Source of the DNA: Octopus vulgaris
Taxonomy: Eukaryota
Assembly (NCBI GenBank): GCA_951406725.2
Contig: OX597819.1
Location: 23,746,001-23,810,000 of the forward strand
Reading direction: 5' to 3'
Length of the DNA stretch: 64,000 nt
Position 1 is the stretch's first letter; every line of letters begins with the position of its first letter. Below, piece after piece: positions 1-12,347 of the stretch. Made by a program: the position numbers and the translations under genes. The notes below the pieces were generated by a model. The model ran no database searches. It saw nothing but the letters and a program-made list of their open reading frames with translations, and was not told the origin of the DNA.

Positions 1-365
<365 letters not shown>

Positions 366-1602
366 TGTGTGTGTGTGTGTGTATGTGTAGGCATGTATGA
401 TTATATATATTTTTTGTAATTATTTGTATATACATATATATATATGTGCGTGCGGATGTGTGTATATATGGGTATGTGTGAGTATATAGAAAGAAAGGGA
501 GTGAGTGAGTGAGAGAGAGTGAATTACTCAGTACTGGAGATAGAGTATAGATAATCTAATTTGGTCAGTCAGGATTTTAACTGTTTGTTAAAGCAACTCA
601 ATGACCAAGTGCTGAACAGGACAATAATTAACTCTAACTCTTTCGAACCTCGGGATTGAGAAGTGAACTTCTTAATTACTAGTCTAAGCAAGGAAACTTT
701 CAGACATCCCTCAGGGTACAAACAGGGCTATGTGAATTTGTTCTGTTAATTACTTCAACCAATCGTTCTTCGAATATGCTAATTATTTCAGTCAATCATT
801 CTTGACGAAGAAGCAAAGTGTTTCATGTGAAACTAGATGACTTCAATAAGCTTATTCAAATGCACTCTCTTCATCCTTGACTCTTAAGCTTATATTGTAT
901 GATTACTGTTCGTCAGTCTCTTTATTCGCTATAATTCACTGTTGATGTGTTTTTCCACACTTCGTATACATTAACGACTAGTCACCGAGTTACAGAAATG
1001 TTTACGACTGAATTGTGTAACCTACTAAACACAAACCATGTGTACATAATGCACTATTTGTAAACTCTTAACATAGATAATCACACAACTGCGTAACAGC
1101 GGGGCACACTTTTCGTGTGAACTTCTTATTTTCACACCTCTCAGGCATCTCTTTAAACAAGGTAAATCAACTGTGGCCATTTTAAATCATTAAATAAACC
1201 CATTAACTATTGTTGTCTGTCGGTTATTCATATATGTCAATTAACCTTCATTTTGTAAGTCAACCATATCATAGTTTAACCGAGATAACAGTCTGTTACG
1301 TAAGAAGATCTCTGATCTCAAAGAATATAGTATTTAAGATCGATGAAGCCGGGAACTAACTGGTTACGAGTAGCTATCCCCTGTCTGATAAAGTGGATCC
1401 ATATTGCACGTATAAACTGATATCTTTTGCTGAACAAATCACATTCGCCTACCGTAAAAGCGACAGTTATACATGCCTAAAAATATTTCACACCGTGGAT
1501 ATAAAACGGAAGTTTAGAAATGTTGGTGAGGGGATTTAGGAACTTCGCTGTGGTCAAATGATTTGCAAGAATGAAAATAGATAAAACTAGAACATAGTTA
1601 TG

Positions 1603-1672
1603 TTCTTTCTTCCTTTCCTTCGTTCTTTCTTTCTTTCTTTCCTTATTCCTTCCTTCCTTCCTTCCTTCCTTC

Positions 1673-1711
<39 letters not shown>

Positions 1712-1976
1712 TTTTTCTTTTTTTCTTTCTTTCTTTCTTTCTTTCTTTTTTTCTTTCTTTCTTTCCTTCTTTCCTTCTTTTTTCCTTCTTCCTTCCTTCC
1801 TTCCGTCCTTCCTTCCTTTCTTTCTTTCCTTTTTCCTTCCTTCTTCTTTTCTTTCCTTCTTCCTTTCTTTTCTTCTTCCTTCTTCCTTCCTTCCTTTCTT
1901 TCTTTCTTTCTTTCTTTCCTTTTTCCTTCCTTCTTCCTTTCTTCCCTTCTTTCTTTCTTTCCTTCTTTCCTTCTTC

Positions 1977-2015
<39 letters not shown>

Positions 2016-2016
2016 T
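1603..2016. repeat. Polypyrimidine (CTTT)n/(CTTC)n microsatellite
   Basis: Visible array; source of the spurious K/E/R-rich and F/L/S-rich ORFs. Confidence 0.95.
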
Positions 2017-2040
2017 GATGCATACATACAAATATGCATA

Positions 2041-2338
2041 TAACAAATAATGAGGATGAAGTTATTGATATCACATTTATTATTCGGTTAGGATCGTTTG
2101 CAATAATAAGTGGCGATAGAGAAATCATTCAACGTGTTGGAACAAATATTAATACGATCGTTTGAAGATCTTGATAAAATGATGGACTGGGTTTCATTTA
2201 ATATTTCACGAAACAGCATAACCATTGTTAGTATTTGTTCCAGCATGTTGAATGATTTATTTACTTCCACCTATTTTTGCGACGACAGTAATCGAATAAT
2301 ATATATAATACCAATTCATATTCACTCATTTGTTTTAC
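2041..2338. repeat. Degenerate long inverted repeat (old fold-back/MITE-like)
   Basis: aaatcattcaacgtgttggaacaaatattaa (~2122-2152) pairs with ttagtatttgttccagcatgttgaatgattt (~2228-2258); weaker similarity extends outward. Confidence 0.7.
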
Positions 2339-2535
2339 GTTATACTCTGAGACTGATAAAATTTTCGGATTTTCAGTTTGTGAGGAATACTTTCGATTTA
2401 CGGGATTGTTTTTCCTTTCTGTACAACTTGCCAGCCGGGAGCTTGCATCGATGCTGATGCTGACTGTAACACTTGCCTGGATTCCACCAATCTCCACCCC
2501 AACATGTCTGTATATATATTGAAGTATATATATTA

Positions 2536-2764
2536 GGCGGCGCGCTGGCAGAAACGTTAGCACGCCGGGCGAAATACTTAGCGGTATTTCGTCTGTGTTA
2601 CGTTGTGAGTTCAAATTCCGCCGAGGTCGACTTTGCCTTTCATCCTTTCGGGGTCGATAAATTACGGACCAGTTACGCACTGGGGTCGATGTAATCGATT
2701 AATACCTATGTCTGTCCTTGTTTGTCCCCTCTGTGTTTAGCCCCTTGTGGGTAATAAAGAAATA
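2536..2764 (+). mobile_element. tRNA-derived SINE family A, long-tail form
   Basis: A-box-like tggcagaaacg, B-box gagttcaaattcc, core gtcgactttgcctttcatcctttcggggtcgataaa; many copies in the window. Confidence 0.9.
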
Positions 2765-2902
2765 TGTATATATATTGAAGTGCATATTAAAGAAATTGGA
2801 TGGGTAAGGCCGGACGAATGCAAGAAAATACAGAATAAATTACAAAAAAAAACCCAAACAAACAAAAAACAATCAAAGTTGGAATATTATCTTATATATT
2901 TC

Positions 2903-3128
2903 TATATTTCGGGGCTACAACCTCTTCTTGCAGCAAGAGGTTTTGTCAGCCAACAGGTCGCGGTCTCAAAGCGACGAAAATATTTTGACATATTAAATTT
3001 AAATGTTGATGTGAATCTAACGGTTTTTGTGTGTTTCTTAAATGTCTTATAAACACCTTCCACACTGCAATTGTTTTCGTTCCAGTACACGGATCTCAGA
3101 TCAAGTCACTCGCTATGCAAGTACAAAT

Positions 3129-3131
<3 letters not shown>
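2903..3131 (+). mobile_element. Short non-coding repeat family E with a variant hammerhead, abutting (TA)n
   Basis: About 200 bp homologous to the reverse complement of 49341-49563. Confidence 0.8.
2944..2990 (+). ncRNA. Minimal type-I hammerhead-like motif, G3-C8 core variant (this copy also mutated at core positions 4-5)
   Basis: tgtca GCCAACA g gtcgc-ggtctcaaa-gcgac GAAA atat TT tgaca: stem I, stem II, GAAA and a palindromic stem III (AATATT). Confidence 0.55.
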
Positions 3132-3199
<68 letters not shown>

Positions 3200-3231
3200 A
3201 AACGACGCGAGCGATCAATCATATAATAACA

Positions 3232-3482
3232 ATTTAATAAATAAAACTTATGCATACATACATATATGTACATACCTACATCTATATGTATATATACATG
3301 CATATATCAGTAAAGAACACCGCAAATAAACGTAGAACACAACGAGAAACGAAAACATAAAATCAAACAAGGAAACGGACTTTTTTTAACAACGAAAAAA
3401 CAGAGTACAAGACAAATAATACAAGGAATATTCCCCTTCTTCAGCTGCTCCTATTTCGACTCAATGCGTGTTTCGCAGGTAA
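3232..3482 (-). mobile_element. Non-coding repeat family F (truncated), next to (TA)n
   Basis: Reverse complement of about 50832-51087; contains CTGAAGA and GAAAC motifs. Confidence 0.8.
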
Positions 3483-3989
3483 CAGCTGGATGCCCTTCCT
3501 AACGCCAACCACCCTGAGAGTGTAGTGGGTGCTGTTTTTACGTGCCACCGGCACAGGGGCCAATTTCCTGCCTAGTACTCATTTCAGATCCCCAGTTTAT
3601 CTTTTCACTTTTCATTCTTTTCTTTCCTTCTAACTTCCTTCCCTCTACTCCATCTCTCTATCCTTCTCCCGAGCCTTCTCATTGTACCTTTGGAACACAA
3701 GCACCACTATTTTTTTCCTTTTTTTTTGCTAGTTTTTGTCATGTAGTGTCCCACATTTTGTAATACTTGCAATTTGTATTTTTACTGCTTATTTTAGCTC
3801 TGCTTGATACATTTCCAAAATTGAACATTTTAATATGCAAAATATACTTCACATTATTATATATACTATGCATTAATGCAAAACATATTGTGTTTATTGG
3901 TTATCATCAAAATGATCAAACCATGAATAGAAAATTTCAATACCAACTTCCTAAGGCAGTTATGAAAGGCTATAAAGACCAAACACCCA

Positions 3990-4380
3990 GAAAAACTGAT
4001 GAATGGGGTCTTGTTTCATTAGGACAATGCTTCAGCACACAAGTCCTTGGTTTCAATGGCTACTGTATCTGACTGGCTTTGAACTGGTTGATCATCCTCC
4101 CTATGTTAGTGATTTGGTTCCTTCTGGTTATCATCTGTTTCCCAACATAGAAAAACACTCAGCTGAGCACCAGTATCACTATGATGAGAACATCTTATCT
4201 GTTGTTGATGACCATTTTGATCAACAGAAAAGCTTCTTTACCAGTGCGACCCAAGCACTGCAACTGCTAATGGAAGCGTGTGGACAGCAAGAGGAACTAT
4301 GTTAGAAAATGAACTTCATTTGGTCACATTCCATTGAGAGTGTCTTGCTCGGATTATGAACATTTCAGCAGACCCTCATA
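3990..4380 (+). pseudogene. Mariner transposase 3' remnant with right TIR
   Basis: Translates to (Q)DNASAH..GFELVDHPPYVSDLVPSGYHLFP (mariner HPPYSPDLAPSD motif); frameshifted; ends tttcagcagaccctcata. Confidence 0.88.
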
Positions 4381-4813
4381 ATAATAAAGATTATTATTAT
4401 ACTTGCATTGTTAACATTGGAAAAATCCACATTTTTCATTTAAAAAATTAGAACCTGAGTTTGCACCCCCTTAGCAAATTTTGTTGCTGGGCCACTGGGG
4501 AGGTGGCATATAAAATTTTGTTAAAATTTATATGCAATAAATTGATTATCCTTCTTACGATATAGAAAATATTTTAATTGTTTTTGTTATACAATTCCTA
4601 CTAATATTTAATTATGATAATGTAATAGGATTTTAAAAAAATAATGGAATGGTTACGAGGACCCATCGAGTAAAATAGAAATCAAAGGGGCCCAATTGTG
4701 AAAAAATGTTTGCGAGAAAGACTGCTGCGAACAATCTCTATCTATGTATCGGGGATAATACAAGGAAACCCAACAAATATTTCGGCGCCTTCAATAAAGA
4801 AGAGAAAATGCAA

Positions 4814-4815
<2 letters not shown>

Positions 4816-4889
<74 letters not shown>

Positions 4890-5303
4890 TTCATCTCTCT
4901 CTCTCACACACACACACATGTAAATGTATAATTATGTGCGTGTGTATGTGTGTATATGCATGTATGTTTGTATGTGTGTGTGTGTGTGTGTGTATTTAGT
5001 ACATATACAAGGTGTATATAAATAACTTTATATATTTAGCCAATAATTTGAGACTTCGAAGTCAGTGTCAAGAAAGTGATTAATATACAGTCTGTACGTA
5101 TATACATATATAATGTATATGTATATATACACATATTTATGTATATATAATGTGTATACAGATATATGTATGTATTTATGTATATGTGTATGTATGTATG
5201 TTTATATGTATATGTGTATGTATGTATGTTTATATGTATATGTACATATATATTTATATATATAAGTACATATATACATATATGTATATATATATGTATG
5301 TAT

Positions 5304-5360
<57 letters not shown>

Positions 5361-5445
5361 ATATATAATGTAATAGTGTGTGAACATGTTTGTGTGCATG
5401 TATATATATGTGTGTGTGTATATGTATATATATATATATATATAT

Positions 5446-5516
<71 letters not shown>

Positions 5517-5605
5517 TATATATGCACACAAGTGTCTTCTACTATAGCCTTGGGCCGACCAAAGCCTTGTGCGTGGATTTGGTAGACGGAAACTGAAAGC
5601 CTGTC

Positions 5606-5664
<59 letters not shown>

Positions 5665-5760
5665 CATGTGTGTGTATATGTTCGTGTGTTTGTATTGAAA
5701 ATCTCCGACCGAATGCTTTGTGATTCATTGACGGCAGACTATATATATATATATATATAA
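4816..5760. repeat. (CA)n/(TA)n/(TATG)n microsatellite field with a SINE B fragment at ~5524-5607
   Basis: Visible arrays; caagtgtcttctactatagcc..ggtagacggaaactgaaag is family B sequence. Confidence 0.9.
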
Positions 5761-6069
5761 TACACCTCCCCACACCTCACCACACTCACTTCCTAATCTC
5801 TTTCGCAATGAAGACTTTTCAGTTAATATCTGCCACATCCTCGCCATTCTTTAACACATCTGTTTGGAAACGTGCCTAGAGAAGAAGTTGATAATAGGTA
5901 GGATTAAATGTTGTATGTGTCCTACCGTTGTCCATATAATAGAACTGTTGTGAAACGTTCCCGGACAATTTTCTAAGAACAAAATTGTGTCATTTGTCGG
6001 CCAGTCCTTCCTCCCCACATACATTTATCTTTTTTCCCTCTCCCTTTGCCTTCCTCCTCCAGTTTACCA

Positions 6070-6071
6070 TT

Positions 6072-6110
<39 letters not shown>

Positions 6111-6183
6111 GCTTAGTGTTATATTAATCGTTGTCTTCCTCGTCGGCTTTGCTACGCTTTTTCCTTCAGATTTCTCCCCCCCT

Positions 6184-6227
<44 letters not shown>

Positions 6228-6255
6228 TTATTTTCTTTGTTTCCTTCCTTCTTCC

Positions 6256-6291
<36 letters not shown>

Positions 6292-6427
6292 TCCTACCTT
6301 CCTTCTTTCTTTCTTTCCTACCTTCCTTCTTTCTTTCTTTCCTACCTTCCTTCTTTCTTTCTTTCTTTCCTTCTTTCTTGCCTGCTTTGTTTCTTTCCTT
6401 CTTTCCTTCTTTCTTTCCTTCTTTCCT

Positions 6428-6486
<59 letters not shown>

Positions 6487-6599
6487 GTTATACGCATCCT
6501 TCTACATCATTATTATCATCATAATCGTCGTCATGTCGAAGTTGCCGTCGTCCCCATTGTCATCTTCCTGCTACTACTACTACTACTACTACTACAACA

Positions 6600-6673
<74 letters not shown>

Positions 6674-6775
6674 CACCACCACCACCACCACCACCACCAC
6701 CACCACCACCACTACCACTACAACCACTACGCTTGTTGTTGTTGTTGTTGTTCTTTTTCTTCTTTTCTTCTTTCT
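6070..6775. repeat. (TTG)n, (CTTT)n, (CTA)n, (CCA)n microsatellites
   Basis: Visible arrays. Confidence 0.95.
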
Positions 6776-6874
6776 AACAAAAGCCGATGTATTATGAAGC
6801 GATTTATGGAATTAATGAATTACAATAAAATGAGAAAAACTTGAAAGACCAAACGTGCAGACGCACGCACGCAC

Positions 6875-6911
<37 letters not shown>

Positions 6912-7185
6912 TAGATAGATAGATAGATAAAAAGATAGAGAATTAGCTAGACAGATACAGAGGAAAGCAACGGGAACACCAATGTTATTGTCATTTATTA
7001 TTTCCTTCATTCTGATTTTCCATTCTCCCTTCTTTTACTCATTTTCCTTATTCTACGCATTTCTTCCTTCAATTCCCTATTTTCTCCCAATATTTTTTTA
7101 TTATTTCCTTCCTTTCCCTCTCCTTTCACTTTCAATGTTATTTTTTTGTTCTATTCAATCTTTGAGTTTTTGTCTTTCCCTACCT

Positions 7186-7551
7186 GGAAGCACTCCGTCG
7201 GTTACGACTACGAGGGTTCCGGTTGATCCGATCAACGGAACAGCCTGCTCGTGAAATTAACGTGTAAGTGGCTGAGCACTCCACAGACACGTGCACCCTT
7301 AACGTAGTTCTCGGGGATATTCAGAGTGACACAGAGTGACAAGGCCGGCCCTTTGAAATACAGGTACAACAGAGACAGGAAGTAAGAGTGAGAGAAAGTT
7401 GTGGTGAAAGAGTACAGCAAGGATCACCACCATCCCCTGCCGGAGGCTCGTGGAGCTTTTTAGGTGTTTTCGCTCAATAAACACTCACAACGCCCGGTCT
7501 GGGAATCGAAACCGCGATCCTACGACCGCGAGTCCGCTGCCCTAACCACTG
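7186..7551 (-). mobile_element. tRNA-derived SINE family C (head H1 + body X)
   Basis: Minus-strand head cagtggttagggcagcggactcgcggtcgtaggatcgcggtttcgattccc; homologous to 45530-45880 and 61828-62153. Confidence 0.9.
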
Positions 7552-8190
<639 letters not shown>

Positions 8191-8606
8191 CGCCCTTTTA
8201 AAATTGTTTCTTCATTGCTTTCTCCATTTTAATCATTCTCTTACATTTTCTGTGTGTGTGTGTGTGTATGCGCATGTCTATAGGTATATACACGTACGTA
8301 ATATGTGTATGTATGCGTGTGTGTGTACGCGTGCATGTATGTATGTATGTGTACGTGTGCGTTATTTTCCCTCCTTTCATTTCCCCTCCTTTCATTTCCC
8401 CTCCTTTCATTTCTGCTTTTACTCTTCTTAATTCCTTAAACCGCGTCAAATTTTATCAGCCTTTATCAGGCCGGATCATAATTAAGCTGACAAAATCTAT
8501 CGGCAAACTACTGGCTGTCAAACGGAGCCGTTTCGTGCACGATAATAAAGCGAAACGACACGGACAAAACATTCCTTGACCGTGGTATTGTTGTACTTGA
8601 AATAGT

Positions 8607-8799
8607 ATAACAACAACAACAACAGCAGCAGCAGTAGCAGCAACAGCAGCAGCATCAAGGACGACAGCAAACTGTATGAACGCCAACTACAATAGAAACA
8701 ACACTAAGACCAACAACAACAACAAGAGCAATGACAACAACAACAACAACAACAAAAACAACAATAACAATAGCAACAAGGTTAATAATAATAATAATA

Positions 8800-8837
<38 letters not shown>

Positions 8838-8844
8838 AATTATG

Positions 8845-8896
<52 letters not shown>

Positions 8897-8946
8897 TAGT
8901 AATAGTAACAATAATAATAATAATAATAATGATAATAATAATAGTA

Positions 8947-8977
<31 letters not shown>

Positions 8978-8979
8978 TG

Positions 8980-9036
<57 letters not shown>
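8607..9036. repeat. (AAC)n/(CAG)n/(GAT)n/(AAT)n trinucleotide arrays
   Basis: Visible arrays. Confidence 0.95.
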
Positions 9037-9037
<1 letters not shown>

Positions 9038-9431
9038 AGTTGAGCATGTCCCTTAGTGGCTGACGATACGTGCATCTCTGATCACGAGCAGAAGTAGTGG
9101 GGGAGCATCATAGCCATGTGTTGAGAGGGATTCTTTGGGGTTTGAATAGGTTACCTCTGGAAACATGGGTGGTTCTTTCAACATCCTTAAACAACCCTTA
9201 TTCAGGGACCGTTTGAGCGGGATGGGCTACTCAACCTGAAGAAAATTCTAACTGGGCCCCACCTGCAAGGTCATGTGCTGTTTATCTTGATATGAGATCA
9301 CCATGTCGCGCACATATGGTTGTGATGCATGTGCCTGGTGTACCTTTATCAGATGGGTAGTCATGATGGGTATATTGGGCTTCGTATATTTTACCCCAGT
9401 GTCACTTTGATGTCATGAACTGCTCTCTCAC
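9037..9431 (+). mobile_element. Family D non-coding element, 5'-truncated, embedded in (AAT)n
   Basis: Highly similar to 18711-19241 and 29795-30331; ends ctgctctctcac followed by (AAT)n. Confidence 0.88.
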
Positions 9432-9494
<63 letters not shown>

Positions 9495-9533
9495 GTAATA
9501 ATAATGATAGTAATAATAATAATAGTAATAATG

Positions 9534-9602
<69 letters not shown>

Positions 9603-9810
9603 TTTTCAAATTTTGGCACAAGGCTAGTAATTTTGGGTGTCGGGCCTAAATAGATTACATCGATCCTAGTGTTTCACTGGTACTTAATTTATCGACCTCG
9701 AAATGATGACAGGCAAAGTCGACCTCTACGGAATTCGAATTCAGAATGTAAAGACGGACGAAATGCCGCTAAGCATGTCGTCCAGTGTGCTAACGATTCT
9801 TTCAGCTCGC
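9603..9810 (-). mobile_element. SINE family A
   Basis: Reverse complement of family A head, core and short tail. Confidence 0.85.
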
Positions 9811-9817
9811 AATCTTG

Positions 9818-9889
<72 letters not shown>

Positions 9890-9997
9890 GAAAGGTTGCG
9901 GAAGGAAAAGCTGAAGGACAAAAGACGAACTTCTGATAGAGAGGAAAATATAGTAAACACCAGATAACAATCACACCGATTATGACGAATCTTATTA

Positions 9998-10193
9998 AGA
10001 CGGTGGTGAGCTGGCAGAATCGTTAGCACCCCAGGTAAAATGCTTAGTGGTTTTTCGTCTGTCGCTACGCTCTGAGTTCAAATTCTACAGAGATCAACTT
10101 TGCCTTTCATCCTTTCAGGGTCGATACATTAAGTACCAGTGAAACACTGGGGTTGATGTAATCGACTAGACCCCTCCCTAAACTTTCAGGCCT
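9998..10193 (+). mobile_element. SINE family A, short-tail form
   Basis: gagctggcagaatcgttagcac..gagttcaaattc..gcctttcatcctttc. Confidence 0.85.
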
Positions 10194-10406
10194 AACCAAC
10201 TTTATTTATGCCATTTTAAGAAAATTACTGTGCAGGCATCTTCTTGTTTGGCGTAACAGCCAGGATCATCCTGCCATTTTTTTGTTTTTAATTTACAGTC
10301 ATTAGTTAGAAATACAATGGCCGATGTATCATTCTTTTAAAACAGTTGGATGTGATTGAGGGGAGATTTCGGTGCTATTTCCAGCAGCTCTTTTGACCGT
10401 GTAGAA

Positions 10407-10721
10407 CAGGGCTGGCCAACCAGAGGCCCGCGGGCTGCATGCTGCTCGCAGACTTTTATCTTGCGGCCCGCTTGATACTTTCTTGAAATGGGTTTATTTA
10501 AACAAACATTAAAATAATTTTATTAAAAATTAAAGATTGTAATGAAAAGTAAAAAAAGAATAAGGATAATATTTCATGTTGAACCAACGATCATTCCTTT
10601 ATTATTGTAATAACAGCACGAGAAAGTAAAATGCTTTCAATTTTGGCAGTATACAAGCGGCCCTCAAAAAACTTTCTGTGATTAAAGAGGCCCGCAATGT
10701 AATTCGAGTTGGCTAGGCCTG
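10407..10721. mobile_element. Non-autonomous hAT-superfamily MITE
   Basis: TIRs cagggctggccaac / gttggctaggcctg; 8-bp TSD gtgtagaa (10399-10406) / gtgcagaa (10722-10729); subterminal gcggccc motifs. Confidence 0.88.
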
Positions 10722-10788
10722 GTGCAGAATATCTCTAGTGGTCTCGACTGACTTTTAGTTTTAATAATGACTAGAGAGGGTGAGATAT

Positions 10789-10820
<32 letters not shown>

Positions 10821-11013
10821 ATTTGGCTCAAAAGCAAATAGCAAGGCCATGTAGGGGGACATGGAGTTAAGTACAGGGTGGTGTTCATGTAAAGAGTTCT
10901 GGCCACTTGAGGTCAAGGGAGGCTTTGAACAAAGCGGTCGTCGGCATCTTCACCATCTCGTCTGGCAGCTTGTTCCACGGATCCGCAACCCGGACGGAGA
11001 AAGCGCCTCTCCT
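10789..11013 (-). mobile_element. CR1/L2-type LINE 3' end with (TAAC)n tail
   Basis: Minus strand reads RRGAFSVRVADPWNKLPDEMVKMPTTALFKASLDLKWPELFT*, the FSxRVxxxWNxLP..FK..LD ORF2 C-terminus; short UTR and tandem tail. Confidence 0.85.
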
Positions 11014-11192
11014 TATGTCTTTCCCTGACATGAATTTTTGAATGTGTGTTTGTCTCCTTGAAAGAGACTGACGAAACTCCTTCTATTGCAAGTATCTCAA
11101 TGTGAAAACTAAGCTATCCATGATCTGCACCTTCCACTTAGTTTAAAAGCTTAGCTGTAGTTATTATAAGCTAATATCATTGAAGGATGAAA

Positions 11193-11390
11193 AGCGGCGA
11201 GCTGGCAGATAGCTCAGTGGCATTTCGTCCGTCCCTTATGTTCTGAGTTCAAATTCCGTCGAAATCGACTTTGCGTTTCATCTCTTTCGGTGTCGATAAA
11301 ATATGTACCAGATGAGTACCGGGATCAAGGTAATTGACTTATCCTTGTCCCCGAACTTGCTGGCCTTGTTCCAAAATTTGAAACCAATAC
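11193..11390 (+). mobile_element. SINE family A
   Basis: Family A head and core. Confidence 0.8.
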
Positions 11391-12080
11391 CACTGGAGGA
11401 TGAAATGAACATCATAGCTTCATTTGCATACGTTGAAAGTGTGAGGCGAGAGAGAAAGAGAGAGAGGGGGGGCAGACAGAGAACTAGAAAGAAAAATAAG
11501 TGAAAACCAATGAAGTGAAACACACTTCAATAAAATCATATCAAGATATCAAGATTTTAGGAGAGGTTTAAATGGGATGTTGTGACATTCACACTTTGCT
11601 ATATACGTTAGGGCGTCCTGGCATAATTGATAACGCAGTCACTCAGCAGGTGACATGTATATAGTCCGGTTCTCAAGTGACATAGCGAAACTGATGTGCT
11701 AGAATAAATACTGAAAGACTATTGGAACCTTATACTTCATATTCTTCTGTTTCGACATCGCATTTCTCAGCCTTTTAGCTTACATAAATAGCTTCTGGAA
11801 GGATGATGGTTCTGAGGCGACGTTCTCTCTCACTCCGTTTCTCTCTTTCTCTCCACTTTTCCCTTTTCGTATAACATCTGCTCTGGTGTCAATAAGTATC
11901 TTGTCAAGTGCATTCACTTATTCAGCCTAAACTGATTTTAACACTTAAACAAGATAGGCGCTAGGAATTTCATGTCAACTGAAAAGTTATCCTTTCGGTA
12001 AACACCTTTAGTACAGTTAACCTTTAACAGAAAACAGTAGCAAACAATTTTTAAAGAAAAACATTAAAAGAACGTTCTTT

Positions 12081-12172
<92 letters not shown>

Positions 12173-12184
12173 CATATATATGCT

Positions 12185-12243
<59 letters not shown>

Positions 12244-12245
12244 AT

Positions 12246-12347
<102 letters not shown>

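Noticed and set aside
1477-2128. Long K/E/R-rich and F/L/S-rich ORFs, and similar poly-YI, HT, CV, MYVC, N, L and T ORFs throughout
   Set aside because: They are translations of stop-free microsatellites, not genes.
8450-8605. Unique CpG-containing segment with paired TGATAA motifs; possible exon or enhancer
   Set aside because: No convincing splice pair or recognisable protein; short motifs cannot be supported without conservation data.
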